Position numbers and translations under genes: made by a program
The notes under the pieces: model-generated
What the model saw: the letters and a program-made list of their open reading frames with translations, nothing else
Database searches by the model: none
Told to the model about the DNA's origin: nothing
Part shown: piece by piece, positions 1 through 8,879 of the stretch
Layout: each line of letters starts with the position of its first letter
How positions within the stretch are numbered: the stretch's first letter is position 1
From: Candidatus Iainarchaeum sp.
GTDB lineage: Archaea > Iainarchaeota > Iainarchaeia > Iainarchaeales > UBA10191
NCBI GenBank assembly: GCA_030649735.1
Contig: JAUSFL010000019.1
Coordinates: forward strand, 1-40,951
Length of the DNA stretch: 40,951 bases
Direction: 5' to 3'

Positions 1-1
1 C

Positions 2-967
2 CGCGATCACGGAATGCACTTGTATTACTTTTGCCTGCCTGACATTTTCGGGAAAGACTCCATTTTAGATTTTGAAGGCGAATTGCACCAATGGCTGCAT
101 GATTCAATGGATGTTCGCGGAGCCGGAACAAAGCTTGCGGACTGGATTGGAGGCAGGAGCATTCATCCAATAACTCCAGTGATTGGCGGCTTTTCAGCAA
201 TTCCCAAAGCCGAGAGAATTCCAGAATTGCTGAACGAACTAAATGCTGCGAGAACGCGGGCAGTCAAATTGGTTGAAGTTTTCCACAAGCAGCCGATTGA
301 TTTCCAAAGGAAAACAAACCATGTTGCAATAGTGACTGAAGATTACAGTTTTTTGGACGGAAAAATCAAAAGCTCGAGCGGCCGCGAGATTGAAGAAGAA
401 GACTTTGCAAGGCATTTTGACGAAGTTGTAATGCCTTACAGCAATTCCACAGAATTCTTGTTTGAAGGCAGGGATTATAATGTTGGAGCCCTCTCCAGAA
501 TGAATCTGAACATGCAGGCATTGCACAAAAACACGCGCCAGGATTTAAAAGAATTCTTGAAGGTTTTCCCAAACAATGACCCTTTCCTGTACTGTTTGGC
601 GCAGGCAATTGAAATAGTGCATTGCTTTGACTGTAGCATTGAACTTTTGGAAAATTTGCAATTGAAGGATGAAAAGCCCGCAGTTTTGCAGCCAATTGAA
701 GGCCGCGGCATTGGAGCAATTGAAGCCCCTAGAGGCACTTTGTATTACAGCCTTGAATTTGACAATTCGGGAATCTGCTCACGCGCAAAAATAGTTATTC
801 CTACAGCGCAAAACTTGCGCAGCATTGAAAAAGACATCAAAGAGTACTTGCCTGCAATAATGCACAGGCCAAGGCACGACATAGAGCACGGCCTTGAAAG
901 CCTTGTAAGGGCCTATGACCCTTGCCTTTCCTGCGCAACGCATTTTTTAAAGGTGGACTGGAAATGA
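2..967 (+). CDS. hydA: [NiFe]-hydrogenase large subunit, group 3b/sulfhydrogenase alpha-like (5' truncated by window edge)
   Basis: Frame is open from the window start. Motifs GGRSIHP, EAPRGTL, IVIPTAQN and the C-terminal L2 motif RAYDPCLSCATH, followed by a 7-aa cleavable extension. Confidence 0.93.
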   Translation, partial: RDHGMHLYYFCLPDIFGKDSILDFEGELHQWLHDSMDVRGAGTKLADWIGGRSIHPITPVIGGFSAIPKAERIPELLNELNAARTRAVKLVEVFHKQPIDFQRKTNHVAIVTEDYSFLDGKIKSSSGREIEEEDFARHFDEVVMPYSNSTEFLFEGRDYNVGALSRMNLNMQALHKNTRQDLKEFLKVFPNNDPFLYCLAQAIEIVHCFDCSIELLENLQLKDEKPAVLQPIEGRGIGAIEAPRGTLYYSLEFDNSGICSRAKIVIPTAQNLRSIEKDIKEYLPAIMHRPRHDIEHGLESLVRAYDPCLSCATHFLKVDWK

Positions 968-1548
968 GCGAATTGAAAGTCTTGATTGAAGGCTACGCGC
1001 GAAAAAAAGGCAAAATGGAGTTTGCATCCCCATCGACTGTTTTAATCAATGACAGCGGATTGAAAGTTATTGCAGACCCTGGCGCCAATGAAAAACTGCT
1101 TTTGAAAGCGCTTTCAAAAGAGGGCTTGAAGCCTGAAGGCATTGACTTGGTTTTTTTAACGCATTACCACCCAGACCATTTATTGAACATTGGGCTTTTT
1201 CGCGGCAAGAAAATCCTGGATGGAAACACAATTTACTGCGGCGAAGAAATAACTGGCTTTTCTGGAAAAATTCCAGGCACTAAAATAAAGGTTATTGCGA
1301 CTCCAGGCCATGCCCATGAGCATGCAAGTTTGCTTGTTGAAACAAAAAAAGGGAAAGTCTTAGTTGCAGGCGATGTTTGGTGGTGGGCTGATGGCGAAAA
1401 GCAAAAGACTGACTTGAAAAGCCTTTTAAGCCATAAAGACCCTTATGTCAAGGACAAGAAAGCATTGCGCAAAAGCAGGAAGAAAGCCCTTAAACTTGCA
1501 GATTATATTATTCCAGGGCACGGGAAAATATTCGCGGTGAAAAAATGA
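964..1548 (+). CDS. MBL-fold metallo-hydrolase
   Basis: THYHPDH, TPGH, AGD and PGHG metal motifs. ATG at 964 overlaps the hydA stop (ATGA), with a GGTGG RBS. Confidence 0.9.
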   Translation: MSELKVLIEGYARKKGKMEFASPSTVLINDSGLKVIADPGANEKLLLKALSKEGLKPEGIDLVFLTHYHPDHLLNIGLFRGKKILDGNTIYCGEEITGFSGKIPGTKIKVIATPGHAHEHASLLVETKKGKVLVAGDVWWWADGEKQKTDLKSLLSHKDPYVKDKKALRKSRKKALKLADYIIPGHGKIFAVKK

Positions 1549-1949
1549 GCGAGATTGAAAAAAAGAAAATTCTGGTTTTCGGAAACCCTAATGTCGACTC
1601 GGACAATATTGCATTAAAAGTTGCGGACCAGCTGCAAAAAACCAACGGGCATGGCTTTACTTTCGAAATTGTTGAAAGCCCTGAAGGAATTGAAAAGTTC
1701 GGAAAACGCTTGCTCATAATGGATTCAGTGCAAGGCCTTGACAGAGTTGAGCTCTTGCACGGCTTGAATAAAATCCGCCTTGCCCCCCGCATAACAACCC
1801 ATGACTTTGACCTGGCTTTTAACCTGAAGCTTTTGGAAAAAACAAAAAAAATTGAGAAAATTAGCATTATTGCAGTGCCGCAGGATTATGGCCTGCAGGA
1901 CGCGGTTTTTGGCGTTGAGGCATTGCTGAAAAAAATAAGGATAAAGTGA
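1545..1949 (+). CDS. hydrogenase maturation protease (HycI/HybD-like)
   Basis: ILVFGNPNVDSD, LLIMDSV and ITTHDF motifs; translationally coupled within the hydrogenase operon. Confidence 0.85.
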   Translation: MSEIEKKKILVFGNPNVDSDNIALKVADQLQKTNGHGFTFEIVESPEGIEKFGKRLLIMDSVQGLDRVELLHGLNKIRLAPRITTHDFDLAFNLKLLEKTKKIEKISIIAVPQDYGLQDAVFGVEALLKKIRIK

Positions 1950-1957
1950 TTTTGGAA

Positions 1958-2176
1958 ATGTGCCAGGCATTGGTTGGAAAAATTGCCGCAATTGACGGCA
2001 ATTATGCAATTGTGGACTTTAGCGTTGGCGTAAAGAAAGCAATTAACCTGCAAAAGGCCTGCTTGAATGACTTTGTTGTAGTGCGCGGAAACCTGATTAT
2101 TGAAAAAATTGAACAGCATGAAGGAAAAGTCTTGCTTGCAGTGCAAAAAGCGAATTTTAAAAAATTGAAGAAATAA
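1958..2176 (+). CDS. hypC: HypC/HybG/HupF family hydrogenase chaperone (atypical)
   Basis: Starts MCQALVGKI (Cys2) and has AIVDF and NDFVVVRG. The conserved His of VLVH is replaced by Arg. Confidence 0.8.
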   Translation: MCQALVGKIAAIDGNYAIVDFSVGVKKAINLQKACLNDFVVVRGNLIIEKIEQHEGKVLLAVQKANFKKLKK

Positions 2177-2177
2177 C

Positions 2178-2600
2178 TCATTTTTTCAATTGCGCGCCGG
2201 TCTTTTTCAAAAGGCGTTCAAGAAAATTGATTCTTGCCTTCAATTGCGCTTCCCTAATGAAATTAAGAGGCATTTTTGCCTGCTTTGGCAGGCTTTTTGA
2301 GAGTTCACCCTTTAGTTCTGCCAGTACAATGCGGCAGGCTTCAATTCGTTCTTTAGGCTGAAGGCTTGTGAAGTTAGAGCAAAAGTCCCTGTAATTCCTA
2401 ATCTCGCTTGCTTTGGCTTTTGCAATTGCTCTTTTAATTTCGGCTTTCGGCATTTTTCTTTCAAAAAGCTTTCTTGCAACTCCAATTTGCGCAATGCGAA
2501 TGATTTGCTTGAGTTTAGCCAAAAAACCAGCCTTTTGAATAATGATTTCTTTTCGTGAATTTAAGCCTGCTGGGCAAGCAATTGGTAGGCTAATAATCAA
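2178..2600 (-). CDS. hypothetical basic protein
   Basis: Lys/Arg-rich 140-aa ORF filling the gap between hypC and the DUF6390-like gene; start uncertain. Confidence 0.55.
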   Translation of the reverse strand: MIISLPIACPAGLNSRKEIIIQKAGFLAKLKQIIRIAQIGVARKLFERKMPKAEIKRAIAKAKASEIRNYRDFCSNFTSLQPKERIEACRIVLAELKGELSKSLPKQAKMPLNFIREAQLKARINFLERLLKKTGAQLKK

Positions 2601-3342
2601 TTTTGAAGTTTTTCAAAGTTCTCGAAGTGTAATTTTCCAAGTCTTTTGCTTCTTCAGGCTCGAGCCTTTTGCATGCAAAGCCCCAATGCATTGAAACAAA
2701 GTCGCCTTTGATTGAATTCTCAACGGTGTAGAAAAACCTGTGCATTTGAGGCGCTTGAAAAGGAGCATTATCAATTTTTAGGATTTCTTTTGCCCCAAAA
2801 ACTAATTCAGTTCCTTTCAAAACTATTGGTTTTCTTTCAACTTCAAGCATTTTTTCTTGGCCATATTCGCTAACTACTTTGCCCCAGCCAATAATACAAT
2901 TGTTTATTCGATCAAGCAAAACAGCTGGCTCTTTGACTGTTAAAGAGAAAGAATTCAAGACATGGAATGAGTGATGCGGCAAAAATTCTCCAGTGATTCT
3001 TTCAGAGTATTTTTCAGCAAATTCTTTTGGCCAATCCTTGTTTTTTCCGATTTTTTCAACTGTTTTCTTCCATTCCTTGACTCCCACATTTTCCAAAAGC
3101 CCATTGCCTTGCCAGTATGCTTTCACTACTTCCTCATCAAAAGGGCTTTTGCCATTTGCCTTGGCTATCAGCTCTAAGTAAGGGAACATTGTTTCAAATT
3201 TTGAAAGCGCTGCCTTGACGTATTCTTCATCATTGAATCCTCCAATGATGTATTGGAACAGTTTTTTCCCGCAGTCAGGTCCACAGTATTTCCTGGCATT
3301 TGGGGGAAAGGCATAACGCGCCAAAGTGTTCAAGTTTTCCAT
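2590..3342 (-). CDS. DUF6390-like protein (hydrogenase-associated, HypC-like C-terminus)
   Basis: ARYAFPPN..YCGP, PYLELIA, VVKAYWQGN, PHHSFHV, CIIGWG and GDFVSMHWGFAC motifs. Confidence 0.8.
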   Translation of the reverse strand: MENLNTLARYAFPPNARKYCGPDCGKKLFQYIIGGFNDEEYVKAALSKFETMFPYLELIAKANGKSPFDEEVVKAYWQGNGLLENVGVKEWKKTVEKIGKNKDWPKEFAEKYSERITGEFLPHHSFHVLNSFSLTVKEPAVLLDRINNCIIGWGKVVSEYGQEKMLEVERKPIVLKGTELVFGAKEILKIDNAPFQAPQMHRFFYTVENSIKGDFVSMHWGFACKRLEPEEAKDLENYTSRTLKNFKIDY

Positions 3343-4250
3343 GAAAAAGCCCTTTTGAAAACGCTTTTAATGAACTCAAAGTTTAATGCCGTGATTAAAA
3401 CAATGGTTAGTAATGCAATGTTTGCGCAAATTTCCAGGACGCTTAGCGGCTTTGCGTCAAGCATTGACAGCATTGAAGTTATTGGAATTGCGGCAAGCAA
3501 AATTAATGTTGCCTTGGAAACGCTTGTTTCTTTCAACCCATTATAGAATGTCAAAACATATCCTGAAAGCAAAGCGCTGGTTATCAAGACCCAAACAAGT
3601 TGGCTTGCATTCAATGAAGCAATGCCTGAAATTTCTCCAGTAAATGCCAAATAGGCAAGGAGGAAAATGCTTCCAAAAAACATTCTTCCAAAAGCGACAA
3701 TGTTTCCATCAATTCTTTCAAGGGCTTTTTTTGAGAGAATCAATTCAGCAGACCATACTAAAACAGCGGCCAAAATCATCAGGTCTCCAAGGCCAAAGCT
3801 TGAAAACTGGCTTGAAAAGAGCGCAAAGAGCGCAATGAAAGCCAATAATCCCGCAATTAATAGTTTTTTGCTGATTTTTTCCTTCAGAAAAATCACTGCC
3901 AGCAATCCTGCAAAAGCAAACATTGTCTTGTGCAAAAAGCCGGCATTTGCCGCGCTAGTCAATGCCAATCCCTTGAAGAAAAGCAGGAAAGCAAGCCCGC
4001 CGCCAGTGAAACCGATTATTGCAAGCCTTTTCCAGTCTTCGCGTGAAAGTTTTTTCAGGCTTTCAAACTTTTTGAAGGCAATGATGATTGAAAGCGCGAG
4101 CATTGAAACAACAATTGCCTTCAAGAAAATGAAGGCTCCCGCGTTCATTCCTGAAACAGCAAACTTGTTCAAGTAAATTGAAAAACCGCTGATTATTGCA
4201 GTGGCAATGACCAGTAATTCTCCTTTTCCCAAGTTTTTCATTCCGAACAA
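3330..4250 (-). CDS. DMT/EamA family transporter
   Basis: About 10 hydrophobic helices in two EamA repeats (KGLALTSAANAGFL; LKEKIS). Confidence 0.9.
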   Translation of the reverse strand: MFGMKNLGKGELLVIATAIISGFSIYLNKFAVSGMNAGAFIFLKAIVVSMLALSIIIAFKKFESLKKLSREDWKRLAIIGFTGGGLAFLLFFKGLALTSAANAGFLHKTMFAFAGLLAVIFLKEKISKKLLIAGLLAFIALFALFSSQFSSFGLGDLMILAAVLVWSAELILSKKALERIDGNIVAFGRMFFGSIFLLAYLAFTGEISGIASLNASQLVWVLITSALLSGYVLTFYNGLKETSVSKATLILLAAIPITSMLSMLDAKPLSVLEICANIALLTIVLITALNFEFIKSVFKRAFSWKT

Positions 4251-4251
4251 C

Positions 4252-5559
4252 TTACCTGATTTTCAAGCCAAGGCATTCAATATAGAATTGAATCTCCTTC
4301 TCGGTTACTTTAATGTTTTCGTCGTTGAAAAGGCTTGCCCTTAAAGTAACGCTTTTTTCATTGCTTTTTTCTTTTGGAAAGAATTCCTCAAACACAGTGA
4401 ATTCAAAGCCAGTGGTTTTTGAAAGCATTTTTGCCAGCACTTCAGGCCGCAGGCATTGCGGAACATACATTGAAAAGTCTTTATGAATCACTTTCAGGCT
4501 TTTTTTCTTCCATTCGTTTCCTTCATCTTTTGTCAAAAGCCTGACTTTTTGGGCGTTTATTGAAATTTCCTGCTCGTTTTCCTTGAATTTTATTCTTTTC
4601 GGGTCGTACGACAATAATTGGCCGTAATGAATTTTTTTTGTAAGCAGGTTTTCAAGCATTATTGTCTTTCCTTCCAGCGATTTTAGCAGCATTGCCTCAA
4701 GCTTTATTGCAGACACTGCCTTGTCTCCTGAAAAAAGGAAAAAGTCCTTGTTGTCGAACAAAAAGCTTGTCCTGTAAATTTGGTTTTCAAGCTTTTCAAA
4801 ATCCCTTTCTTTGCAGATTTCCTGCAATTCGCTGTTGCATTTTGTTATTGCGTCCCTTATTTGGTCATTGAACTCATTGGAGAGCTGGATTTCAGCGTAA
4901 AGCCGCGGGTTTTGAAGAACCACTCTTGCAATCAAGTCCAAGTACAATTCATAAACCGGGGACGCAAACATCAGGCTTCGCTCCAAGTCAATGTTCAAGA
5001 AGTCAAGGGTTTTTGCGGAAAGTATTTGCATGTAATGCGTTAGTCCCTGGACTACTGCAATCATCCGGTCGTGCTCTAATGCATTGCTTTCAACTACTCT
5101 GGCGCCAGATTCCTGAAAAAGCTTTTTTAATTCCTTGGTTTTTTCTCCAGTGATTAATTCAATGAAAATTATTGGAAAGCCGACAATGCTTGTCACTCTA
5201 GGGCCGTGCATTGGATGGATTGAAGCCAATTCAATGTCTTTTCTTTTGATTTCTTCAAGCGCTTTGCAAATTCTTGATTTTATCGAGCAAGTGTCAGCCA
5301 TTAAAGCGCCAGGCTTTAAAAAAGGGCTTATTTTCTGGCTTAATTCAACCGCGGCTTTTTCAGGCAATGCAAGCACTACAACGTCAAAATCCAACTGTTT
5401 TTCAAACACGCAGGGCATTACAGAGAATTCTTTTTTTAACGCGGCTTCGCGCGCCTTGTCTTCCTTGCAGTCTGTTATTGTAACTTCAAAGCCGTTGGTT
5501 TTGAAGAATTGCGCGTAAAAACAGCCGAATTCTCCGGCCCCAATCATCAGTAATTTCAT
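4252..5559 (-). CDS. tyrA: prephenate dehydrogenase with long C-terminal extension
   Basis: Rossmann GAGEFG, DTCSIK, SIHPMHGP and EHDRMIAVVQGLTH; ~150-aa C-terminal extension. Confidence 0.9.
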   Translation of the reverse strand: MKLLMIGAGEFGCFYAQFFKTNGFEVTITDCKEDKAREAALKKEFSVMPCVFEKQLDFDVVVLALPEKAAVELSQKISPFLKPGALMADTCSIKSRICKALEEIKRKDIELASIHPMHGPRVTSIVGFPIIFIELITGEKTKELKKLFQESGARVVESNALEHDRMIAVVQGLTHYMQILSAKTLDFLNIDLERSLMFASPVYELYLDLIARVVLQNPRLYAEIQLSNEFNDQIRDAITKCNSELQEICKERDFEKLENQIYRTSFLFDNKDFFLFSGDKAVSAIKLEAMLLKSLEGKTIMLENLLTKKIHYGQLLSYDPKRIKFKENEQEISINAQKVRLLTKDEGNEWKKKSLKVIHKDFSMYVPQCLRPEVLAKMLSKTTGFEFTVFEEFFPKEKSNEKSVTLRASLFNDENIKVTEKEIQFYIECLGLKIR

Positions 5560-5568
5560 TGCAAAAAC

Positions 5569-5850
5569 CTATTTTGCAGAGTCCTTGACTTTTTCTTCAA
5601 TGCGCAGTGATTCTTCAATTATTATTTTGTAAATGCTTTTCACAAATTCCTCGTCAAGATTGTTTTTTCTTGCAAGCTCGCATTTTGCCGCAAAAATTTG
5701 CGTTTCCCTTTCAGGCTGCTTTAATGGCATTCCATTCTTTACCTTGTATTCTGCAACTTTTGGAATCAGGCTCATTCGTTCAGCCAATAAAATGAGCATT
5801 GCGTTATCCAGCCTGTCCAAGTGCTCGCGAATTTCAGAAAGCTCCAACAA
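5569..5850 (-). CDS. aroQ: chorismate mutase (AroQ type)
   Basis: IREHLDRLD..LLAER..VAEYK..PERE..ES; GAGGTGG RBS before a TTG start. Confidence 0.9.
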   Translation of the reverse strand: MLELSEIREHLDRLDNAMLILLAERMSLIPKVAEYKVKNGMPLKQPERETQIFAAKCELARKNNLDEEFVKSIYKIIIEESLRIEEKVKDSAK

Positions 5851-5901
5851 AAACCACCTCAGTGTAGTCTATTCTTCCAAAAAAGCAAATAAAAAGCCAG
5901 T

Positions 5902-6978
5902 CTATTGCTTTCGGGCCTTTTGCTCAAGCAACGCGTTCACCAAAGCCAGCGCGAGCATTGCTTCAGCCACTGGAACAATTCTTGGGCAAATGCAGACATC
6001 ATGCCTTCCGGCAATCTCAATTTCCGTGTTTTCAATGCTTTTTGAGATTGTTTTTTGCTTTTTTAAGATTGAAGGCGTTGGCTTTACCGCAATTCTTGCA
6101 ATAATGTCCTGTCCAGTGCTTATTCCGCCAAGTATTCCGCCGGCATTGTTTGACAGGAATTTTGCATTTCCTTTTTCCGCAATTATTTGGTCATTGTTTT
6201 CAGAGCCAAAAGACCTTGCGGCATTGAAGCCAGAGCCTATTTCAACTCCTTTGACAGCGCCAATGCCCATTAAAGCCCCCGCAATTTGAGAGTCAAGCTT
6301 TTCAAAAACAGGCTCTCCAAGGCCTGCAGGGACATTAACCGCCCTTATTTCGACAATTCCTCCAATGGAATTCCCGCTTGCCTTTGTTTCTTTAATCAGC
6401 TCTTTCATTTTTTCTTCGGCTTTAGCATCAGGGCACCTTAACTCGTTTTCATAAATTTTTTCCAAGTCTTTTTCACTGAATTCTTTGCATTCAATGCTGC
6501 CGATTGCCTTCACAAACCCTAAAATTTTTATTCCCTGATTGTCGAGGAGCTTTTTTGCTATTGCTCCAGCAGCCACTCTTGCCACTGTTTCCCTGCCGGA
6601 ACTTCTTCCCCCGCCCCGATAATCGTAAAAACCGTATTTTTTGAAGTAAGTGTAATCTGCATGGCCTGGCCTGAACTTGTCTTTTACAAGCTCGTAGCCT
6701 GCCGACTGCTGGTCTTCATTGTAAACTACCATGCAAATTGGAGTTCCTGTTGTTTTTCCCTCAAAAACTCCGGACAGTATTTTTACAGTGTCTGACTCTT
6801 TTCTTTTCGTGCCTGCAATTCCGCTTCCTGGCTTTCTCTTGTCAAGCTCTGCTTGAATGTCTGCTTCGTTCAGTTCAAGGCCTGCAGGACAGCCGTCAAC
6901 TATGGCTCCAACTGCAATTCCATGGCTTTCTCCAAAACTGGTCAGCCTAAAAAGATTTCCAAAACTATTTCCAGCCAA
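5902..6978 (-). CDS. aroC: chorismate synthase
   Basis: FGESHG, RPGHAD, RGGGRSSGRET, NNAGGILGGIS, KPTPSI, GRHDVC. Confidence 0.98.
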   Translation of the reverse strand: MAGNSFGNLFRLTSFGESHGIAVGAIVDGCPAGLELNEADIQAELDKRKPGSGIAGTKRKESDTVKILSGVFEGKTTGTPICMVVYNEDQQSAGYELVKDKFRPGHADYTYFKKYGFYDYRGGGRSSGRETVARVAAGAIAKKLLDNQGIKILGFVKAIGSIECKEFSEKDLEKIYENELRCPDAKAEEKMKELIKETKASGNSIGGIVEIRAVNVPAGLGEPVFEKLDSQIAGALMGIGAVKGVEIGSGFNAARSFGSENNDQIIAEKGNAKFLSNNAGGILGGISTGQDIIARIAVKPTPSILKKQKTISKSIENTEIEIAGRHDVCICPRIVPVAEAMLALALVNALLEQKARKQ

Positions 6979-6982
6979 AAAA

Positions 6983-8275
6983 TCACCTTTGAATTATTTT
7001 CTCGATTTCTTCAAAGAATTCGGGAAAGCTCTTGTTCACTGCATTCTCGTTGTTTATTTTAACGCCTTTCACTTTCAATCCTGCAACCGCAAAGCTCATT
7101 GCAATCCTATGGTCGTTGTTTGATTCTATGACCGCGCCGTGAAGGTTTTTTCCGCCTTGCGTTCCGTTTATTGTTATTGAATTGTCGTCTCCTGAGACTT
7201 CAGCGCCAAGCTTTCTTAATTCATTCACTGTAACTCCAAGCCTGTCTGACTCCTTGAATTTCAAGTGGGAAATGTTTGTTATTTTTGTCTTTCCTTCAGC
7301 AAAAGCCGCGACAACAGCCAATGGCATTACAATGTCCGGATAATTGTTCATGTCAATGTTTCCAATTCCTTTCAATGGCGCGCCTTCCAGAGTAACAGAA
7401 TTTTCTCCCCAAGCGACTTTACAACCCATTTTTTCCAAAGCATCAATAAATGATTTGTCGCCTTGCTTTGAATCTTTTTTCAAGCCAGTCACTTTTACCT
7501 TGCCATTGCAGATTGCAGCTGCCGCAAAAAAGTAGGCTGAATTGCTATAATCTCCTTCAATGCTTAATTCCCTGCCAATGTATGCTTGGCCTGATTTGAT
7601 GAAAAAAGACTTGTAATCATTGTGGCTTGCAACAACTCCAAAGTCTTTCATTGCGTCTATTGTAACGTCAACGTATGGTTTTGAGCTCAAGTTGCCTATT
7701 GTTTCTATCTCAACATTTCTTTTTGCGTAAGGGGCTGCCACTAGAATTGAAGAAAAGTATTGCGAGCTTTTGTCTCCAGCCAGCATGGTTTTTCCCCCAA
7801 TGAGCGAATCGCATTTTACCCGAATTGGCGGGCAGCCGTTCCCATTTATTGAAACTGCTTCAACCCCAAGCGGCTTTAATGCGTCAAGAAGGTCCTGGAT
7901 TGGCCTTCCAGTGCGCATTCTTTCTATCCCATCAAGAATAACATAATCTGCCCCTTTTGCAAGACCGGCAATTGGAACAAGAAATCTTACTGCTAGTCCG
8001 GAATTTCCAATAAATATGTCTTCTTTTGGAGTGATGGGTTTTCCATTCACTCCAATTATTTCTATTTCGTTTTTTTCTTTGCTAACTTTAATTTGTGCTC
8101 CAAGCTGGCTCATTGCTTTCATAGTATATTCTTGGTCTTCTGCAATTAGTCCTTTTTTAATTATTGTTTTTCCTTTCGCGAGCGAGGCAATTATTATTGC
8201 TCTTAAAGTGTGCGCTTTTGAGGGCGGGGCTTCAATAGTTCCGGAAATGCTTTTTGCAGGGATTATTTCTTTCAT
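6983..8275 (-). CDS. aroA: 3-phosphoshikimate 1-carboxyvinyltransferase (EPSP synthase)
   Basis: PPSKAHTLR, GNSG..RF, SSQYFS, EGDYS, KESDR, DHRIAMS, KSFPEF. Confidence 0.97.
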   Translation of the reverse strand: MKEIIPAKSISGTIEAPPSKAHTLRAIIIASLAKGKTIIKKGLIAEDQEYTMKAMSQLGAQIKVSKEKNEIEIIGVNGKPITPKEDIFIGNSGLAVRFLVPIAGLAKGADYVILDGIERMRTGRPIQDLLDALKPLGVEAVSINGNGCPPIRVKCDSLIGGKTMLAGDKSSQYFSSILVAAPYAKRNVEIETIGNLSSKPYVDVTIDAMKDFGVVASHNDYKSFFIKSGQAYIGRELSIEGDYSNSAYFFAAAAICNGKVKVTGLKKDSKQGDKSFIDALEKMGCKVAWGENSVTLEGAPLKGIGNIDMNNYPDIVMPLAVVAAFAEGKTKITNISHLKFKESDRLGVTVNELRKLGAEVSGDDNSITINGTQGGKNLHGAVIESNNDHRIAMSFAVAGLKVKGVKINNENAVNKSFPEFFEEIEKIIQR

Positions 8276-8327
8276 AAAACCACTTTTTGCGGCAAAGTCA
8301 ATTTCTATTGATTATTTTGTTTCCTTT

Positions 8328-8879
8328 TTATCTGCTTACTCCTTTTGCTTTCAAAAACTCAAGCATTCGCTTCAGGCTTTCTTCAGGCTCTTCTGTGGAA
8401 GTGTCAACTGTAAAGTCTGCGAGCTTTTTGTAAATTGGGGTTCTTTCAGCAAGCTTTTGAGTTATTTCTTCCATTTGGCTTGCTCCTTTAATTAATGAAG
8501 GCCTGTTGGAATCAGTGCTTATTCTTTCAAAAATCTTTTCTTTGCTTGCCTCAAGCAATACCATCACACTATTTTTTTTCAAGCTTGCAGCAGCCTCTTC
8601 GCTCGTGACCATTCCGCCTCCAGTGTCAACAACCATTGCTTTTTCCATTCCGCTGATTTCTGCAGCGAGTTCTTTCTCCAAATTCCTGAAGTAAGGCCAC
8701 CCGAATTTTTCAACAATTTGCGGAATTGCCAAGCCTGCCTTTTTTTGAATTGTCTCGTCAGTGTTCAAGAGTTCCCATTCGAGTTTTTCCGCAAGCATTC
8801 TTGAAAGAACTGTTTTTCCAGTTCCCCTATACCCAATGAAGACTACTTTACTGATTCTTTGCTTTTCCACAAAAATCAC
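8328..8879 (-). CDS. aroK: shikimate kinase (bacterial AroK/AroL type)
   Basis: P-loop GYRGTGKT, GWPYFR, DTGGG, RP..ER.PIY. An alternative GTG start at 8870 follows an AGGTGA RBS. Confidence 0.93.
   Translation of the reverse strand: MIFVEKQRISKVVFIGYRGTGKTVLSRMLAEKLEWELLNTDETIQKKAGLAIPQIVEKFGWPYFRNLEKELAAEISGMEKAMVVDTGGGMVTSEEAAASLKKNSVMVLLEASKEKIFERISTDSNRPSLIKGASQMEEITQKLAERTPIYKKLADFTVDTSTEEPEESLKRMLEFLKAKGVSR

Noticed and set aside
1-967. Hydrogenase large subunit looks short (317 aa) and lacks the N-terminal RxCGxC motif
   Set aside because: The frame is open to the window edge, so this is truncation by the window rather than a pseudogene.
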